Shown: positions 13,112 through 30,946, counted from the first letter of the stretch. The stretch: DNA of 55,211 bases from Bigelowiella natans CCMP2755 (GCA_000320545.1 ADNK01002201.1:1-55211), one strand, 5' to 3'. The notes: a model not told the origin generated them from the sequence alone. Numbers and translations: made by a program.

Positions 13112-13436
13112 TGGAGGGGGGCAGGCACATAGTTTTCGATTGTACACACCCTCTCAATTCCTTAAATACGCGCTACACTTCATGCTAGCGACAAGGCTGA
13201 GTGAACCAAATAGCTTCGCTTATTACCCACGAGCCCACAAAGCGTGTCGCAATGTGCTTCGGATGCGGAATAAACTGCACTTCCTTCAGCTTAGTGATCC
13301 GGCCAGGGAGTAGGCGTTCCACAACAGCATGCCTTTTGATGGATAGAGTAGCAGGAGCGGAAGGGAGATAGAGGCTGTGAGCTATAGAAATTCTTGTAAA
13401 TAACTACGTGTCTTCTTTCGGAGGCTTGCATATTAT

Positions 13437-13491
<55 letters not shown>

Positions 13492-14582
13492 CATATATAC
13501 ATATTATATTTAAATACTAATATTTTTTTGAATATCTCTTCGTGATTCTTCAACATGAAAATGCTATCATGCGACACCGTGGAACATCACGAATCAATGC
13601 AAACCAACAGCAGTCTTTCAAATATCGCAAAAACAACATCAGAGCTCCGAGGAATTTGTCAAGACTATCAAGGTCGGTCTCCGAGCAGCCCTCCATCTAA
13701 AACCATTCAGGGCCATACAGAATGGGGGAGGGGGAAACAGCCAATTCTCATACGGTACTCTTTGCACGCGGGGAGCTCAAACGATGCGAATGAAACAAAA
13801 GCCCAAACACGTACCCAACATATGATTGGCACACAGCGAGAGACTGGGAGGAGGGGGGGGGGGCAGGGAAAAGAGTTGGAGAGATCCATTTCACCTTCTT
13901 AAAGCATTGATCGACAAGTAGAGAGACGCTTGGCCCGTCCATGCAGAACTTCCTTTTGTCGGCTTTCAGAAACTAAATGATGACGAGAGGATGCAAGGAA
14001 AGCGGAGGAGGAGGAGGAGGGGGGGGAGGAAGAGGGAGTGGATGGAAGGAAGCTTAAAATCTTATTATTATCATTACTATTATCATTAAGAGTAATCAAA
14101 TGTGGCGCAACGCCCATTGGTTCAGATGATGTTGTTGTTGTCTATCTCGGAGGACTAACGACTAGGAAAGCAGATACAGCAGCAGCAGCACTTCCTTACT
14201 TGCAACCCACACTATTTGCATTATTACTTCTACCTCGGTCATGCACTTTGCGTCGTAAGATTTGTGCTTGTTTTTCTCAGCGAAGGCCTTCAATCGCTAC
14301 CAAAACCACAAGCGTTTTACAAGTTACAATACACTTAACACACACCATCTCCAATTTCGGGGCTGCGGCGTACGTTTCGCCATCGTTAGCCTCCCCATTC
14401 GTATCAGAAAACACATTCAAAATATAGAATCCCCCCTCTCTGCCGTTGTTGGAAGGGCGCACCTCCTTGATATATTTGAGGTCGCCTCCGAGACCGAAGT
14501 GAGTGCTAAATTGGGCAGAAACCCAATCACTCTCCGTCTTTGCTTCTGCACACCAAGCGCACAAATTTGCCGGATTACCTTG

Positions 14583-14621
<39 letters not shown>

Positions 14622-15780
14622 GGTGGTGATTATATAAGGTTGTCGAGAAGAAGGGGATAAGGAAAGGGTGAGGAAACGACTGCATACGATCACGCAACGT
14701 TAGGGTCACTCTTGTGGCGATGAAGATGATTGGAGGAGATAAAAGGGTTTCTTACTACATTCTCCACCCACCCACCCACCCACTTACTCACTGGTGGTGG
14801 TGGTGGTGGTGGTGACGATACCGTTATAGTACTCCACATTGAACATCCAATCGTAACTCTGGCCAGCTATATAGGGAATCCTCAACTTTCACCACCGTAA
14901 AAGGATCATAGAAGGGGGGGGGGGGGGGGGGGGGGAAAGGATGCAAGAAGATTTGAGAATCAAGGTTTTGAGAATTTATTAAGAAATTGTGGGAGAGTTG
15001 CAACTACCTCCTTGGCCAATGAGCACACGCAGAAGTCCCACATTGGTCCTAGATCAATTCCGTTGAATATTACATCGCACTTCCTGGCAATTTCTACAAC
15101 CTACGACGACGACGGCGTTGGAGATGGGGTTATTATCAAGACGACACAAGGCAAAGTAGTGTCGACGTTGCATGACCCGTAACGCAGGCCTTATCGGCAT
15201 TATTTGCTATAATAATAATAATGGGTTCAAAAGGCGATGGTAATGTTGCGGTAGCAACGTTTTTTGTTCTTTGAAAAGAACAGTTGATATGGTTTTTCAT
15301 CTCATCTTTAGACACATTGGTGTTCCCTTCTTCACCTTGTCCCAGTTAGCGAGGGCATCGATGTGGACGGTCTCAATCTGCGATCTGATATTATGCGCCT
15401 TGATGTTCCTTGCTGCTGCATCTACCTAAGAAGAAGAATAAGAATAAGAATAAGAAGAATAAGAAGAATAAGAAGTAGTAATAGAAGACGAACTAGCTAA
15501 ACCAACATTGACCGACAATACAGTAGACATGAGCTCGCTCCCTCGCATACCTTCCTCTTTCCTACGTCTTCGATGGATCCCAAGCATTGTCTGTAACCCA
15601 TTCATAGATTGCGAAGAACACCCCAAGACGATAAGACAAAGAGAAATACTGAAAACGTCACACTTTTCAATAGGTTACTACCGTGTGAGATTCGAAGCGT
15701 CATAGGTGTCACAATCGAGCATGATGATCTTGTCCACCCCTAGCCTTGCGAGAGTGAGAGCCACATCCTGGCCAATTCCA

Positions 15781-15816
<36 letters not shown>

Positions 15817-16282
15817 AGCATTTTCCGACCCAAGACAACGAGAAACCGGATTTCAGTTATGTGGAACACCGCTGTACAAATCCCTCTTCCCTCCCCTCAA
15901 CGCCATCATCGCTGTGTCGTAAGTTGCTCTCGTCGCTAACACAATCACCCGTTCCTAGCACGAAGCATGTCTGGCTCTCAATCAGCCCTTGGTTGAATCC
16001 AACGATGACCTAATTAGGGGGATGGGAATGGGAATTCCCAATAATTCATGATTATTCTGCAAATTATTCGCAAGGCGGATGTTCGAGCACACTACCCGTT
16101 GGCGATCGAAGACGTCTCCTTCAACCTCTGCAGGCGGAGGCTTCACCCTATTCTCGCGGGAGTTGCCAGCTTTATACTCAGCAGAATCTTTAGGCCATCT
16201 CTCCTCCTTCCTACAAAGCGAAGCAAAGGGGAAGATGTTCATACATCTTGACTCTGGGTGGGGGCGACGGAGTAGAGGGCAT
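12024..16282 (-). CDS. ThiF/MoeB/HesA-family E1-like adenylating enzyme, multi-exon
   Basis: Exons give VFDRQR|VIVGFNQGLIESQTCFVLGT|GGIGQDVALTLARLGVDKIIMLDCDTYDASNLTR|QCLGSIEDVGKRK|VDAAARNI...CDVIFNGID (GxGGxG and DxD-x4-SNLxRQ motifs). CxxC pairs occur at LCAWC (~14560) and the C-terminal CCMLC (~12065). Middle exons are uncertain. Confidence 0.85.
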
Positions 16283-16776
16283 CACCGAACATCACGCGGA
16301 TATTTGAAGTGCGTTTTCGTCGCGTCTGTGAGGATTTTGGGCTTTTCGCCAGATTCCTTCAGATCATTCTTAGTGCAGTCCATATCCTACACAATAATCA
16401 CCTTCAGGGTGCAACTGTCTGGTTGTAGCGGCGCGTGCGTGCATTCGCCTATCGTTCGTGTTCGCTCACCCACCTTAAAAGCTGCTGTGGGAGATTTCGG
16501 TTGTGTGTAGATTAAGCGAACACCTTCATTCCGGCTACGATGTAAAAATACATGCGGTTTTTGTCATGAGACTTGATATTAAGTAAAAATATATATAATA
16601 ATTGGCCTTCATCCGCTCATATCTCGGCAATCACAAGTGTTTCCGAGATCTCCTTTCGATATTAGGATTAGGATTAGGATGACGCACCTACAAAATGCCA
16701 TGCATTTGTTCCTGAAATGGCTTAAGTTACCCTGGAATCTGTTCAGTTTTATGTCGCCCCGCATTCCCCACGTAAC

Positions 16777-18828
16777 ATGTTCCTAGCTAAGGGTAAGAAG
16801 ATCTTTCAGAAGGCTGTGGGCAAGAAAAGCTCAGAGCGGAAGAACTGGCAAGACACCGTGAACGGCAGTGGAGCATTCACCGCCGAGGAGCTTGGTTTGG
16901 ACGAGAACAAACTGGTATACGAGGGCCAACTTCGCAAGCTGTCTGACGGGATTGGCGGAACAGGTTCAGATTTTTAAATTTTTGTACATGACAAAAGAAT
17001 GGAAGTATTTGCTTAAATTTCTTTCGTTTGAAATTTAGGCTTAGGTCGGAAGTTTTCTGTGAGATGGGCAAAGTAAGTACAACTATCACGTCTAACTTCT
17101 CAGCATTATGATTATTTCAATCTTGGCATATCACCGTCCTCTTCTAATACAATGCGTTAACAAACTGGCAGACTCTATAATCTACCCAAACAGCACGGAC
17201 ATGGTGCCGCGCTTATCTACTACGAGCACAGCCACTTTCGAAAGGGTGCCTGTGTTCGCAAGTTGATTCATATGATTCGAGAACAAACGACGGTAACACA
17301 CAAACTTTTTCATATCAGTAAAGTAGAAATGGTAGCTGAATGGCGAATTAACATTAGATTGAGCTCGACTCGGGGAAATTCACCGGGAAGCACAAGAAAT
17401 TTGCCCGCGGGATAATATTTCCTATCGAGCTCCGAGGCTGTAGGGGAGGCGGCTGCAATTTCCTGTCAGTAAATATTTTTCCCTGAGGAATCAAACTTGA
17501 ACTGTACCGTAGATACCGTAGTCTAAACAATTTGTTCTCCGGCTAATCTTAGTCTAGGCTTCAAAAGCCAGCAAGAAGGCGAGGAGTGGGTGAAGCACCT
17601 GCAAAAGGTCGTGGAAAAAGGCTCGCCAGAAGCTATATCGAACCCACCGGTACTTGCTCCTGAGCCAGCAGCTGTTGTGCAGCCCGTTGTCTCCCAGCCA
17701 GTTATCTCCCAGCCAGTAGTTACTGAAACTGCACCTACAACGGTTCCGGCAAGTGCACAAGCGGAGTCAAATTCGACTTCACAGCCTATGGTCCTTCATC
17801 CAGAGATACAACCGGTTTCCCCACAGGCTACTACGGTTGATCAGAAAGCATACCCTGCCCAACCCCAAGCGCAGAATTATGGACAAGTGGCTCCTGCACC
17901 GGTGAGCCTTACTCCCTTCTACCCCACAGTGCTTCACTTCACGATTGAACATATATTCCAGGTTTTTGCCTCTGCTCCCGTACCGGCACCTGCCGTATCA
18001 CCTGTTACAGTAGCTGTGCCCCAACCCACTTTGATGCCGTTGAACGAGGTTCAGCAGGCAACGAATCAAGCGAATATCACTAGGACTGCTTACGAAGAGG
18101 CAAAGGGCCAAGTCACATTTACCTGTCAGAAATATAGGCAAGAGAAAAACAAGCTGAATGATATGAGGAGGAGGCGGCGAGGAAATGCACCAATACGTAG
18201 AGCTGGAGCAGCTGGCTTTGCGAATATGGTAGGAGGGTCAACTCTCCTCCTTACTGGAGACACGGCCAATGAATATCACATTCGAGAGCAGGAAAAAGCT
18301 GTCGATAATGCTAAGTATGAATGGGATGCCGCCAAAGACAAGGAGAGACAGCTTCGTTTTTCCTATAATGAGGCTAAGGCTAACCTTCGGAAAGCTGAAT
18401 CAAAGGCACGTCGAGAACAAATGAGTGCGGAGCGAAATGCGAGACGGGCAGGAATGTCTGCGCAGCAACCAAAGAACCCAAACCAAGCCTACCAACAGCA
18501 ACAACAACCTGTCTACCAACAACAGTCAATCCAACCCGTTTATCAACAACAGCAGCCACAACAACCGGTCTACCAACAACAACAGCCACAACAACCGGTC
18601 TACCAACAACAACAGCCACAACAACCGGTCTACCAACAACAACCGGTCTACCAACAACAACCGCCACAACAACCGGTCTACCAACAACAACCGCCACAAC
18701 AACCGGTCTACCAACAACAACCGCAACAACCGGTCTACCAACAACAGCCCGTTTACCAACAACAACCTCAACAACCGGTCTATCTACAACCACAACAGCC
18801 CGTATACCAACCTAACAATCAACAGTAA
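16777..18828 (+). CDS. PH-domain protein with Pro/Ala/Val-rich linker, coiled coil and Gln/Pro/Tyr repeat tail
   Basis: VYEGQLRKLS...RKFSVRWAK...ALIYYE...GFKSQQEGEEWVKHLQKVV matches the PH beta1/beta2/beta3 and C-terminal Trp helix pattern; the long last ORF is 17590-18828. Confidence 0.75.
18490..18812 (+). repeat. Coding tandem repeat (QQPVYQQ...)n, about 11 units
   Basis: Repeated caacaaccggtctaccaacaacaa with variable-length spacers. Confidence 0.95.
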
Positions 18829-19436
18829 CTATGGCTTGACAGTGACTAGTGCATAGACCGTTACGACTATGGACAAATGCTGTGCAGTGTGTGCCAATGC
18901 ACAGAGGGGTTAAATTGTCTAATGATGTCTAATGTACCTTAGGTAGTCGAACACGTGCACAGTAGATACAACGTTTATAGCATGAACATTCTGTACATCT
19001 AGTACATGACAACGTTTTTATCACATGTTCTGTGCGTGATATGCCTATCTAGCTATGTGCATTATAAAATTGCGTCACATCCCATGCATCATCCACTTTG
19101 CTGCGACGATGTGCATGCGTTGTCTGCTGCAATTTCCCCAATGAACATGGCCAGTGGCAACTACATGTATCATGTTTCTGTGTCTATCGATCATGGCGTG
19201 GTGCGCAGTCTCGAGAGCAACGGTCCCGCTTCTTCACAGCGTTACAGGCTGCATAGTGCGTGTATGTACATCAGTCACGATGGGTAGTCGTCGTTCATGA
19301 GCTATGATACAGACGATTTCGTAATTTCGTTCATTTTTAAAGCTATGCCATGAGCGAGAAGGTGCACGCTATGTTGTTCTGTGATTAGCTATACATGATT
19401 CGACGGCGGTAAGCACCAAATGAAAGACTTGCTCGC

Positions 19437-20260
19437 TCAAGTTTCGTTGTTGCTGAATAGTGCCACTCGGACCGCCGGTTGAAGAACATGAATGCAATCA
19501 AGATCTCTCTTGATGATTCTTTCTATATTGACTCGTCGTATTGCATTCTAGCAAATGGCATACAATGTGAGCGTATACGATGTCACGGTGGTGTGTCGAT
19601 GTAAATTAATGTAGCATGAGGTGAGTATGATGAACACAAATGCTGGAATATTATAAGGGTCACCGTGTAATGATTCATATTCGATGCAGCAGGGTCAATA
19701 TTCATTTACCTTCACGGGAGAATATTGCATGTCCGAGCCAAAATCAATCCCAAATTTTAGATGATACTGCACAAGGTAATGCATTGTTTCTGCCTGCTTA
19801 TTCAGCACAGCACACACAAGGGGGGTTGTGCTCCATTTATTCACATGCTTGACATTTGCTTGGCATTCTTCGATGAGGTAGCTGACGACATCAGTGTGGC
19901 CGTTCCAAGATGCCCACGAGAGAGGTGTGTCCTTGTCTGCATTCATGAACTCAATTTCCGCATCGCACACTTCGACTAGCCATCTAACAATCTAATTAAA
20001 AGAAAACAGTCACGTGCACGTGCGCACGCACGCAAATAAAGCACATCTGACACTTCCAGAAAGACGGATGTACGTCAGGCGGTCGAGCGACGAAAACGGT
20101 GATTGCATCACACCTCAAGCTGTCCCTCCTTTGCCGCTACAAGAAGCTGACGTGCTCTGGACCCCATAGCCCCACCTCGTTTTCGATCCCTATTGATTGG
20201 TTTCCGGATGGCTTTTTCCGAGCAAGTTGATTCCCCAACCCTTTCTCCGTCTGCTGCCAT
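19437..20260 (-). CDS. Small ankyrin-repeat protein (about 3 repeats, 3 exons)
   Basis: MAADGERV...LLVAAKEGQLE|IVRWLVEVCDAEIEFMNADKDTPLSWASWNGHTDVVSYLIEECQANVKHVNKWSTTPLVCAV...; the last exon is tentative. Confidence 0.85.
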
Positions 20261-20532
20261 TCTGCGAGCACGAAGGAGCTCTGTTTTGAAGGGAGAAATG
20301 AGGTCCGTTTTACCCCGTGCGACAAGCTGTTGCTAAGCTTTTGCATTCCGTTTTCCCCTGTGCAACATAAAAGCGACAAGTTTCTCAGTTGCCCTTATAA
20401 TGAATGTAATATTTGTTTTTAATACTTTTTCCCCCCTGAATTACCTTGTCGCGATAAGAAAATACCCGGGAAATTGGAGGCGAGAAAAGTATCTTCCGGG
20501 TCAAACACCCTCATCTTTCGACCTGGGCCGTC

Positions 20533-24338
<3,806 letters not shown>

Positions 24339-25109
24339 TGACCTACTTGCCTGCCTACAGTATCTAGAACATTGAATTTCTAAATTTGTACGTGTGATCA
24401 TCTACTCGTTGTGAGCAGCATATATGCTATGCACTGTGTATAAATGCTAGAATGCACACTTTGCATCTTGCTATGCGTCACAGCGCTGCTGACGCATGCG
24501 TGTGCAGCATGCATGAGCTGTTGTTTTTCAAATGAGTACTTAGTGCGTGTCTAATAATTGCTGAGCCACAGCAGCGCGCTAGAGCGGTCCAATTAATATA
24601 GACACGCACGCACGCATGTGAGATAGCACACGTTCCCTTTACGTGTCAATTGCGATATGCAGGCATTGTCGTATAATTGGCTCGCCCATCCGATTTTGCC
24701 GCTATAGGCGATAGCGGTACTATGTAGCAGCTACAAGATCGATTGTGCATGTAATAGCAGTCACAGCTAGATAGCATTTGTGCTATAGCTTATTAGCTAT
24801 GTGTATGTGCTACGCGTTTGCAGGTACGAAATTGCCTCATATGTAATACGGAATAGCCTCAAATGTGATCTAGCTAGCAAATGATTCCAGCATTCGCCAT
24901 GTTGAGAAGCAAAATGAACCAGAACGCATGTACACATACACATACACATCTCCGCAGCCGCGTGAAAAACAAGCGTGCCACACTGCCAGAAGGGTGCGGT
25001 CGATCGCATCGAAAACTTGTCCCCGCAGCAGCAGCAGCCTTAGGAAGCTTGTTGCGCTGCTATCTATGGCCTGAGGCTTTCAGAACACAGTTGAGATTCA
25101 ATTATTAGC

Positions 25110-25437
25110 CTAGACGCCTTTCAGCTTGGCAAGGGTTGCCTCATCTGCTAGACCGCAAGTGTTCTCCGTCATCTCGAGGTGGATGTAGCCTTCGATTCCC
25201 CATGAAGTCGCCCATGAGTTACGCACGATCCAGTATGGTGTTGGTGCGCTCGCGTTGAACCTGGAATTATAAGTGGTGCAGGAGGGGGGAGGGGTTAGAG
25301 GGGAGAGATTGGTGACGAGAAATGAGATGAAGATGCGACGAAGGAGTAAAACGAGAGCGACTGCCTGCGGCGGCACTGCACAAATCAGCAAATCAACACC
25401 CACTACTCCTTCACGTGCTCTCTTGTCATGACGTGTT

Positions 25438-25484
<47 letters not shown>

Positions 25485-26798
25485 CATACCCGACAAGCTG
25501 CACGCAGTGGTCAAGATCATCGTAGCCAAACGCGCCACAGGCTTTGGATGTGAGGACACCCGGGCCCGTGTAGCTGTCCCACACGCCGGCGTTGACGCAG
25601 ATGGAAACGGGACCTTCTCCACCAGCGACGCCGCGAGCTTGGTGAGGTTCTGCTTGTTGCACGACTCGTAGCAAGGATCTGTCGCGTATTCAAAGCCGGT
25701 CACTTGTCCGTATGGGCCGATGAAGGTCTCCTCAGTCGCAAGCTCCGTCAAGTTCTTGTCGCATGCTTTCGTGCACGCCTTATCAGTGCAGGAGTTGAGA
25801 GGCGTCATTCCTTGCAGATACGGCCAGTACCAGGCGCTTGAGAGGCCTACAACTCCGGAGAGGTATTTGAATGCCGTCACCGTGTCGCCGCCACCGCATC
25901 CGTCCACGCTTTCTACGCAACTTGCGACCTGCTGAGGGGAGAACAATTGAGGCCGACCTCCGGCCATGATGTATCCTGATTCCACCGTCTCAATCGTACT
26001 GAAGGCCCAGCAGCTCCCTTGGGGCGGAGATAGCAAGAAAGCATATGTGAGAGACTTCTGTGAAGCATTTGATTATCATGCATGTGTGCTAGATACTACC
26101 AAGTATTCAGTGATCGATAGCTATGTAATTTACCACACTGTCCTTGGTTCTTAACAGGTGTCACAGGAATAGGGTCCTCAATACGCCAGTCCTTGGAATC
26201 GGGAAGAGATGATAGTTCTGGAGAGTGAGTCTGTGCACCCTTGGAATCTTTGTCGCCGTAGCCTTTCCTTCCGCGTTGAAACCTTCGAGGGTTGTTATGT
26301 GACAGATTTAGAATTCTCGTTGTTGTCTGTGATTGCCAACAGTAGCAGCAGCATCATTATCAACCACCTCTCTGCTTGTGTGCGGTCTGCCATTGCGTTG
26401 ATCCCGAACGCCTTCTGCCCATTGAGCTCTAGATGTTGTGCAATGTCCGTTAACGAAAACCATCTGCACGTTGGGTATGGGCGTACCGTTCAACTCCTGG
26501 ATGCGCTCAAAGCTCTTGGTGAACACGCCAAAGCGGAAATTTTCTTCTTCTGCGTTTGCATAGCCTAAAGGACGGAACTTTGCCTTAAAGGCCTCGAATT
26601 CCTCCTTCACAGCTTTGAGAGAGAAGGCCTAGATTAAGATCCCGTCAGGATTAAGGCAGTTCCAACAGAACCCGCACAAGATTCGACTAAATTTGAGCTC
26701 ATACATAAGTACATGAACGCGCAAGCCCGTGCAAAATGCAACTAAGGAGCAAGATTTACCGAGGCGAGGGGGAGGAGTAGGAGGAGGAGGGGACTCAT
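25110..26798 (-). CDS. Papain-family (C1A) cysteine protease preproenzyme with an apparent 1-nt frameshift at ~25612
   Basis: Signal peptide MSPLLLLLLPLAS; I29-like prodomain (EEENFRFGVF...GINAMAD); LPDSKDWR...VTPVKNQGQCG|SCWAFS; GCGGG; GPVSICVNA; DHCVQLVG; YWIVRNSWATSWGIEGY. The catalytic Q/C/H/N residues are all present. Confidence 0.93.
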
Positions 26799-27297
26799 GT
26801 CGACTGTATCTTATGGCGTCTACGCAAAATAAAACAATGGGATTTTGTAGTTACGGCATGCATAATAATGTTTTTCTTGAATAAAATGCCCTCGAATGCC
26901 GCCGACTGTGCAAGTTATTCCGACCGAAATAAGAGATATCTTCCGACATGAGGAGCGCATTCCAACTGGAAACCCATGTCCTTCCACCAGCGCGTCTTCC
27001 CATCCCGCTGGCTGATTCATGTCGTATCAGGAAAATCAAAAAAGTATTGAAATTTATCCGAGCGGCTTCGGATTTTGATGTCGCAAGGAGAAAATACAAC
27101 ATTGCTTTTTATGACTTTTTGAAGCATTTACGTGCTCGGAATGGACCATGGCGTCTCCGTCTCCGTCTCCGTCCTCGTCCTCAACGTCAGTTGTGCACAT
27201 TTCTATCCGCCTTTGGCGACTTTGTGTCACCTAACGAATTCAAATTTTCCGCAGAGTAAGGGAGGCTGCCTTGAATCGTAGATCGAGGGCGGTTGTC

Positions 27298-28484
27298 ATG
27301 GGTGTGTCAATGGCGCTAATCCTGTGCTCCGTCATTTGGACCTACGCAGATGGGGCAGCAATAATCGACGAATCTCAGAATGGCACTGCCGCCATGTCAC
27401 TGAAACAGGAAACCGCGAAAAATGAACTCGTCGGAGACAGTGACCCTCCTGTGGGAGAGCTCGTTTCACGAAAGTCCGCCGAGGGGCTGAAGTAATTATA
27501 AATATACTTACGTACTATCATAGAATAAATTGGAGCCCGTTTGACTATATTGCTTATCGCTGTATGCCCCAGTTATCTACTGTATCTTCCGGAACAATGG
27601 ACTCCCAAATCGGAGAAGAAGTACCCCGTAATCGTGTTCCTGCACGGCCGCGGAGAGTCGGGGGTTAAAAAACAGACAAGAATCTATCCCATGTTGTACT
27701 ACTGTCCTTGATTCTTTTCAATAAATTCCCAGGGCACCTCCGTAATGACCGAACAGTCGCTGCCGCTCCAACTTAAGACGAATTCTACGCTTCGAAAGGC
27801 CTTTCCCTTCATCGTCATCCTTCCCTCATGTAGGAGCAAAACACAGTTCCTTTTTCCGTGCTTGTCTTAACGGCGGAGGCCACCCAACCGCTCATACTAT
27901 GTTTTATTAAGGTCCGTGGAGTTGCGCGCAGAAGAACGAGTGGCAGCCGAATATCATGCAGCGCACTACGAAAGTCAGAATAGAGAAAGCGCCACAACGA
28001 AAACTGCTGCAACCCTTCACTATTATTTAAAAAATAAACATGTGCTGCCCAGGTTATAAACGAAGTCGCTACAAGATATAACGGAGACTTCAATCGTAAG
28101 AATTTCTTTGAGAATTGATTGCTGTTATGGCGTAGGATTTACTGTGTGACAGCATTCCTTCATCCTTGAATTTAATCCCGCTGGGGCGCATTTCAGCCTA
28201 CTTTTGTTGACTAACCTGATGTTGGTACCTGCTCGTTTAGGAGTGTCTCTGGCTGGCCAATCAATGGGCGGTAATGGTGCATGGGAATATGCCTCATCCC
28301 AGAAGGTAGCACTGTCGTCACTAATCTCAAAAAATCGGATAGCAATTTAGATATAGAGGCAATCTGCAAGCTTCGGAGGAAAGTGCAACGATTGTTGTAG
28401 ATTTGTAGCCTATCTCTAGGATTCTTCCACCTAGATTGTACTTCTCGATGAGCTCACGATCGGCGCGGAATATCATCTTCAATG

Positions 28485-28534
<50 letters not shown>

Positions 28535-29010
28535 CCCTCTCACACACACACACACACACTTTCCCTGCCATTTACGTAGGGTTTGTTCTCGGCTGTGGTA
28601 GCGATATGCGGCTATTTGCGCTCAAATCTCTACGAGGATCATGAGATTGCGAAGAGATTACGGCTTCCTATTTGGGTTACAGGACTGAGCACGCACGCGC
28701 AAGCACGCCACCCATTCTGCATGCAGTTGAATATTGTCCGGCATATTTATTTAGTAGTTATATTGATAGGGATACTTGTGGTCAGGTCTTCCACGCGGAG
28801 AACGATGTCGTGATACCAGTGGGGGCCTCTGATTCTATAACGAAAGCCATCCAGAACTTGGAGGAAGAAGGGGGTTGCTTGCACCTTTGATCGTTGTGAT
28901 GATGGTGATGAGGAGGAGGATCTTTCTGATGAGCTTTTCTGTGCTTTTGTGTTTAGATTCTGGAAGGCCGGAAATGCACTACACCCGGTACTTTCGGTTT
29001 CTTGGAACAG

Positions 29011-29061
<51 letters not shown>

Positions 29062-29122
29062 TATATGATGAATTCACGTGGATCTCTCCCCTCCCTCTCT
29101 TTCTCTCTCCGTCCGTGCGTGT

Positions 29123-29161
<39 letters not shown>

Positions 29162-29495
29162 GAGTGTGCGTGTTTGAGTATTTTTTTGGTTTTCTAACCT
29201 GTCTGGTGCCAACAGCTATAATTATGCCCCCGGGCCCCCCATCCCAGAGTACGAGGTCACGCATGATGCTGTTCGAAAAAAAATCTTGATGGTGAGGTGT
29301 CAAGGTAGATGTTGTCATAATGTCATTCAGCACTTGGAAGGACACGGCTCATACGAACTGGCTTTTCGTGATGCGAAGCTTTTCGCATGGTTACGAGAGA
29401 AGAGGTGTGCGGAATGTGTAGGCCCTACGTCGCAGGCATTCGATGATTGGATCCACGTACCAGAGAGATGGCAAAGTTTTTCTGATTTGATGTAA
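27298..29495 (+). CDS. Secreted alpha/beta-hydrolase (phospholipase/carboxylesterase or predicted-peptidase type), multi-exon
   Basis: Hydrophobic N-terminus; YLLYLP...KYPVIVFLHGRGE; FPFIVILPSCP; RVSLAGQSMGGNGAW (GxSxG); FSAVVAICG; LPIW|VFHAENDVVIP (Asp); EGHGSY (His). Confidence 0.9.
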
Positions 29496-30668
29496 TTTAC
29501 ATACAGCAGCCAGCGTTACCTTACTGGCTGCATATACACTACCATGCTCTTGTAACAACATAGATATATACCTGTAGCCCCCTTGCATCTACGGCGTGCA
29601 TAGAGATAGTATGTATGGCATAGCCACATGCTATGTTTACATGTGTGCCGCGTCTGCAGCATAGTTTTCTATGCATTGTTGCGATTATACGACTTATGTA
29701 AGGTGCTAGTTAGATGATCGCTTGCTAGCTAGTATAAAATGCACAATAACAGCATACTAGCATAGGACATCTAGCAGCGCACGTACGGGCATGGACGGCG
29801 GAAGTTGCCATACCATCGATCACATAATCAAGGCTGCGCGCCTCATGCATGCACTGTAGTACGTCGGCTGCGCGTGCTTGCGTGCAAGACGACGGATATG
29901 ATCAATCAAATTAATTTTGTTCAATGGTGATCCTCATGCATGAGTGTAGCTGTGCAAAGCAGAGCTAGCGTAGCGGCTACTATATACAGCGCTAATATAG
30001 GGACTTAAAGTCCACATACTAATGTTGAGTCTGTTGGTCTCCGCTGTGATGTGTTTCATGTACACTACTATGCATTATACGCACATAGGATGACAAATCA
30101 AATCGTTGCCGTGCCATAGCTGCATGAGCATGTCCATGTTGAGATGCGCTATACACATGCTTGATATGGCTAGCGTTATTTTGCGGTCAGAGCTTAGCCT
30201 GCTGCTGAACCTCTTATCAGAAATGGGTGTAATCGTATCAAAAGAAGATGTTCAATTTTTAACAAAGTCTCTGTTAATTTTATCTACATTCACTCTTTCA
30301 GCAAGGCCAGCAATATGCCGAGAAGCCCTTGTTTATTTCCAAATTTTCTCTTAAATGTATATTGTCCATCACGAAATGTATGCAATCTAGAGCATCAAGA
30401 CACCGACGTCGGAAGAACGACGATCAGAGTCTTAAACTCGGTAAATTCCGACAGATGCAAACTATCTCCCCTTTCCTCTCTCTTTCTTTCAGCATTAAGC
30501 TGTTGATTTTACCGCAGCCCTGTCAGTGAAGGATAATCTAAAGACAACTAAGAAAAAAAGGAGGAAGCACCGTTCGCCTAAGTCCTGTTTTGGGTGCGCT
30601 TGAGATGCGGCGTTGATGTTTTTTTAGGTGTTTCTCAGGTAATATAGAGGGGAGAAAGAGAAAGAGAG

Positions 30669-30708
<40 letters not shown>

Positions 30709-30946
30709 TCTCGATTATCCAGCTAGAGAATAGCGAGAAGGGGGAAATAAGGGAAGGCTTTTGGTAGATGATCCGATATCGAAGTAGCGAAGAATAGATA
30801 AAACTGAAAAGAGAACGAGCTGGCAGGATACGGAGCACTACAGCTTCTACTATTTTAGACACAATTGTGCAGCAGCAAAAGGCCGTGAGCAGCGAGCATC
30901 GGTCTTGCTGCTGCCGCCAGCTTGCCGCTACTTTAGTATAAGTGTT

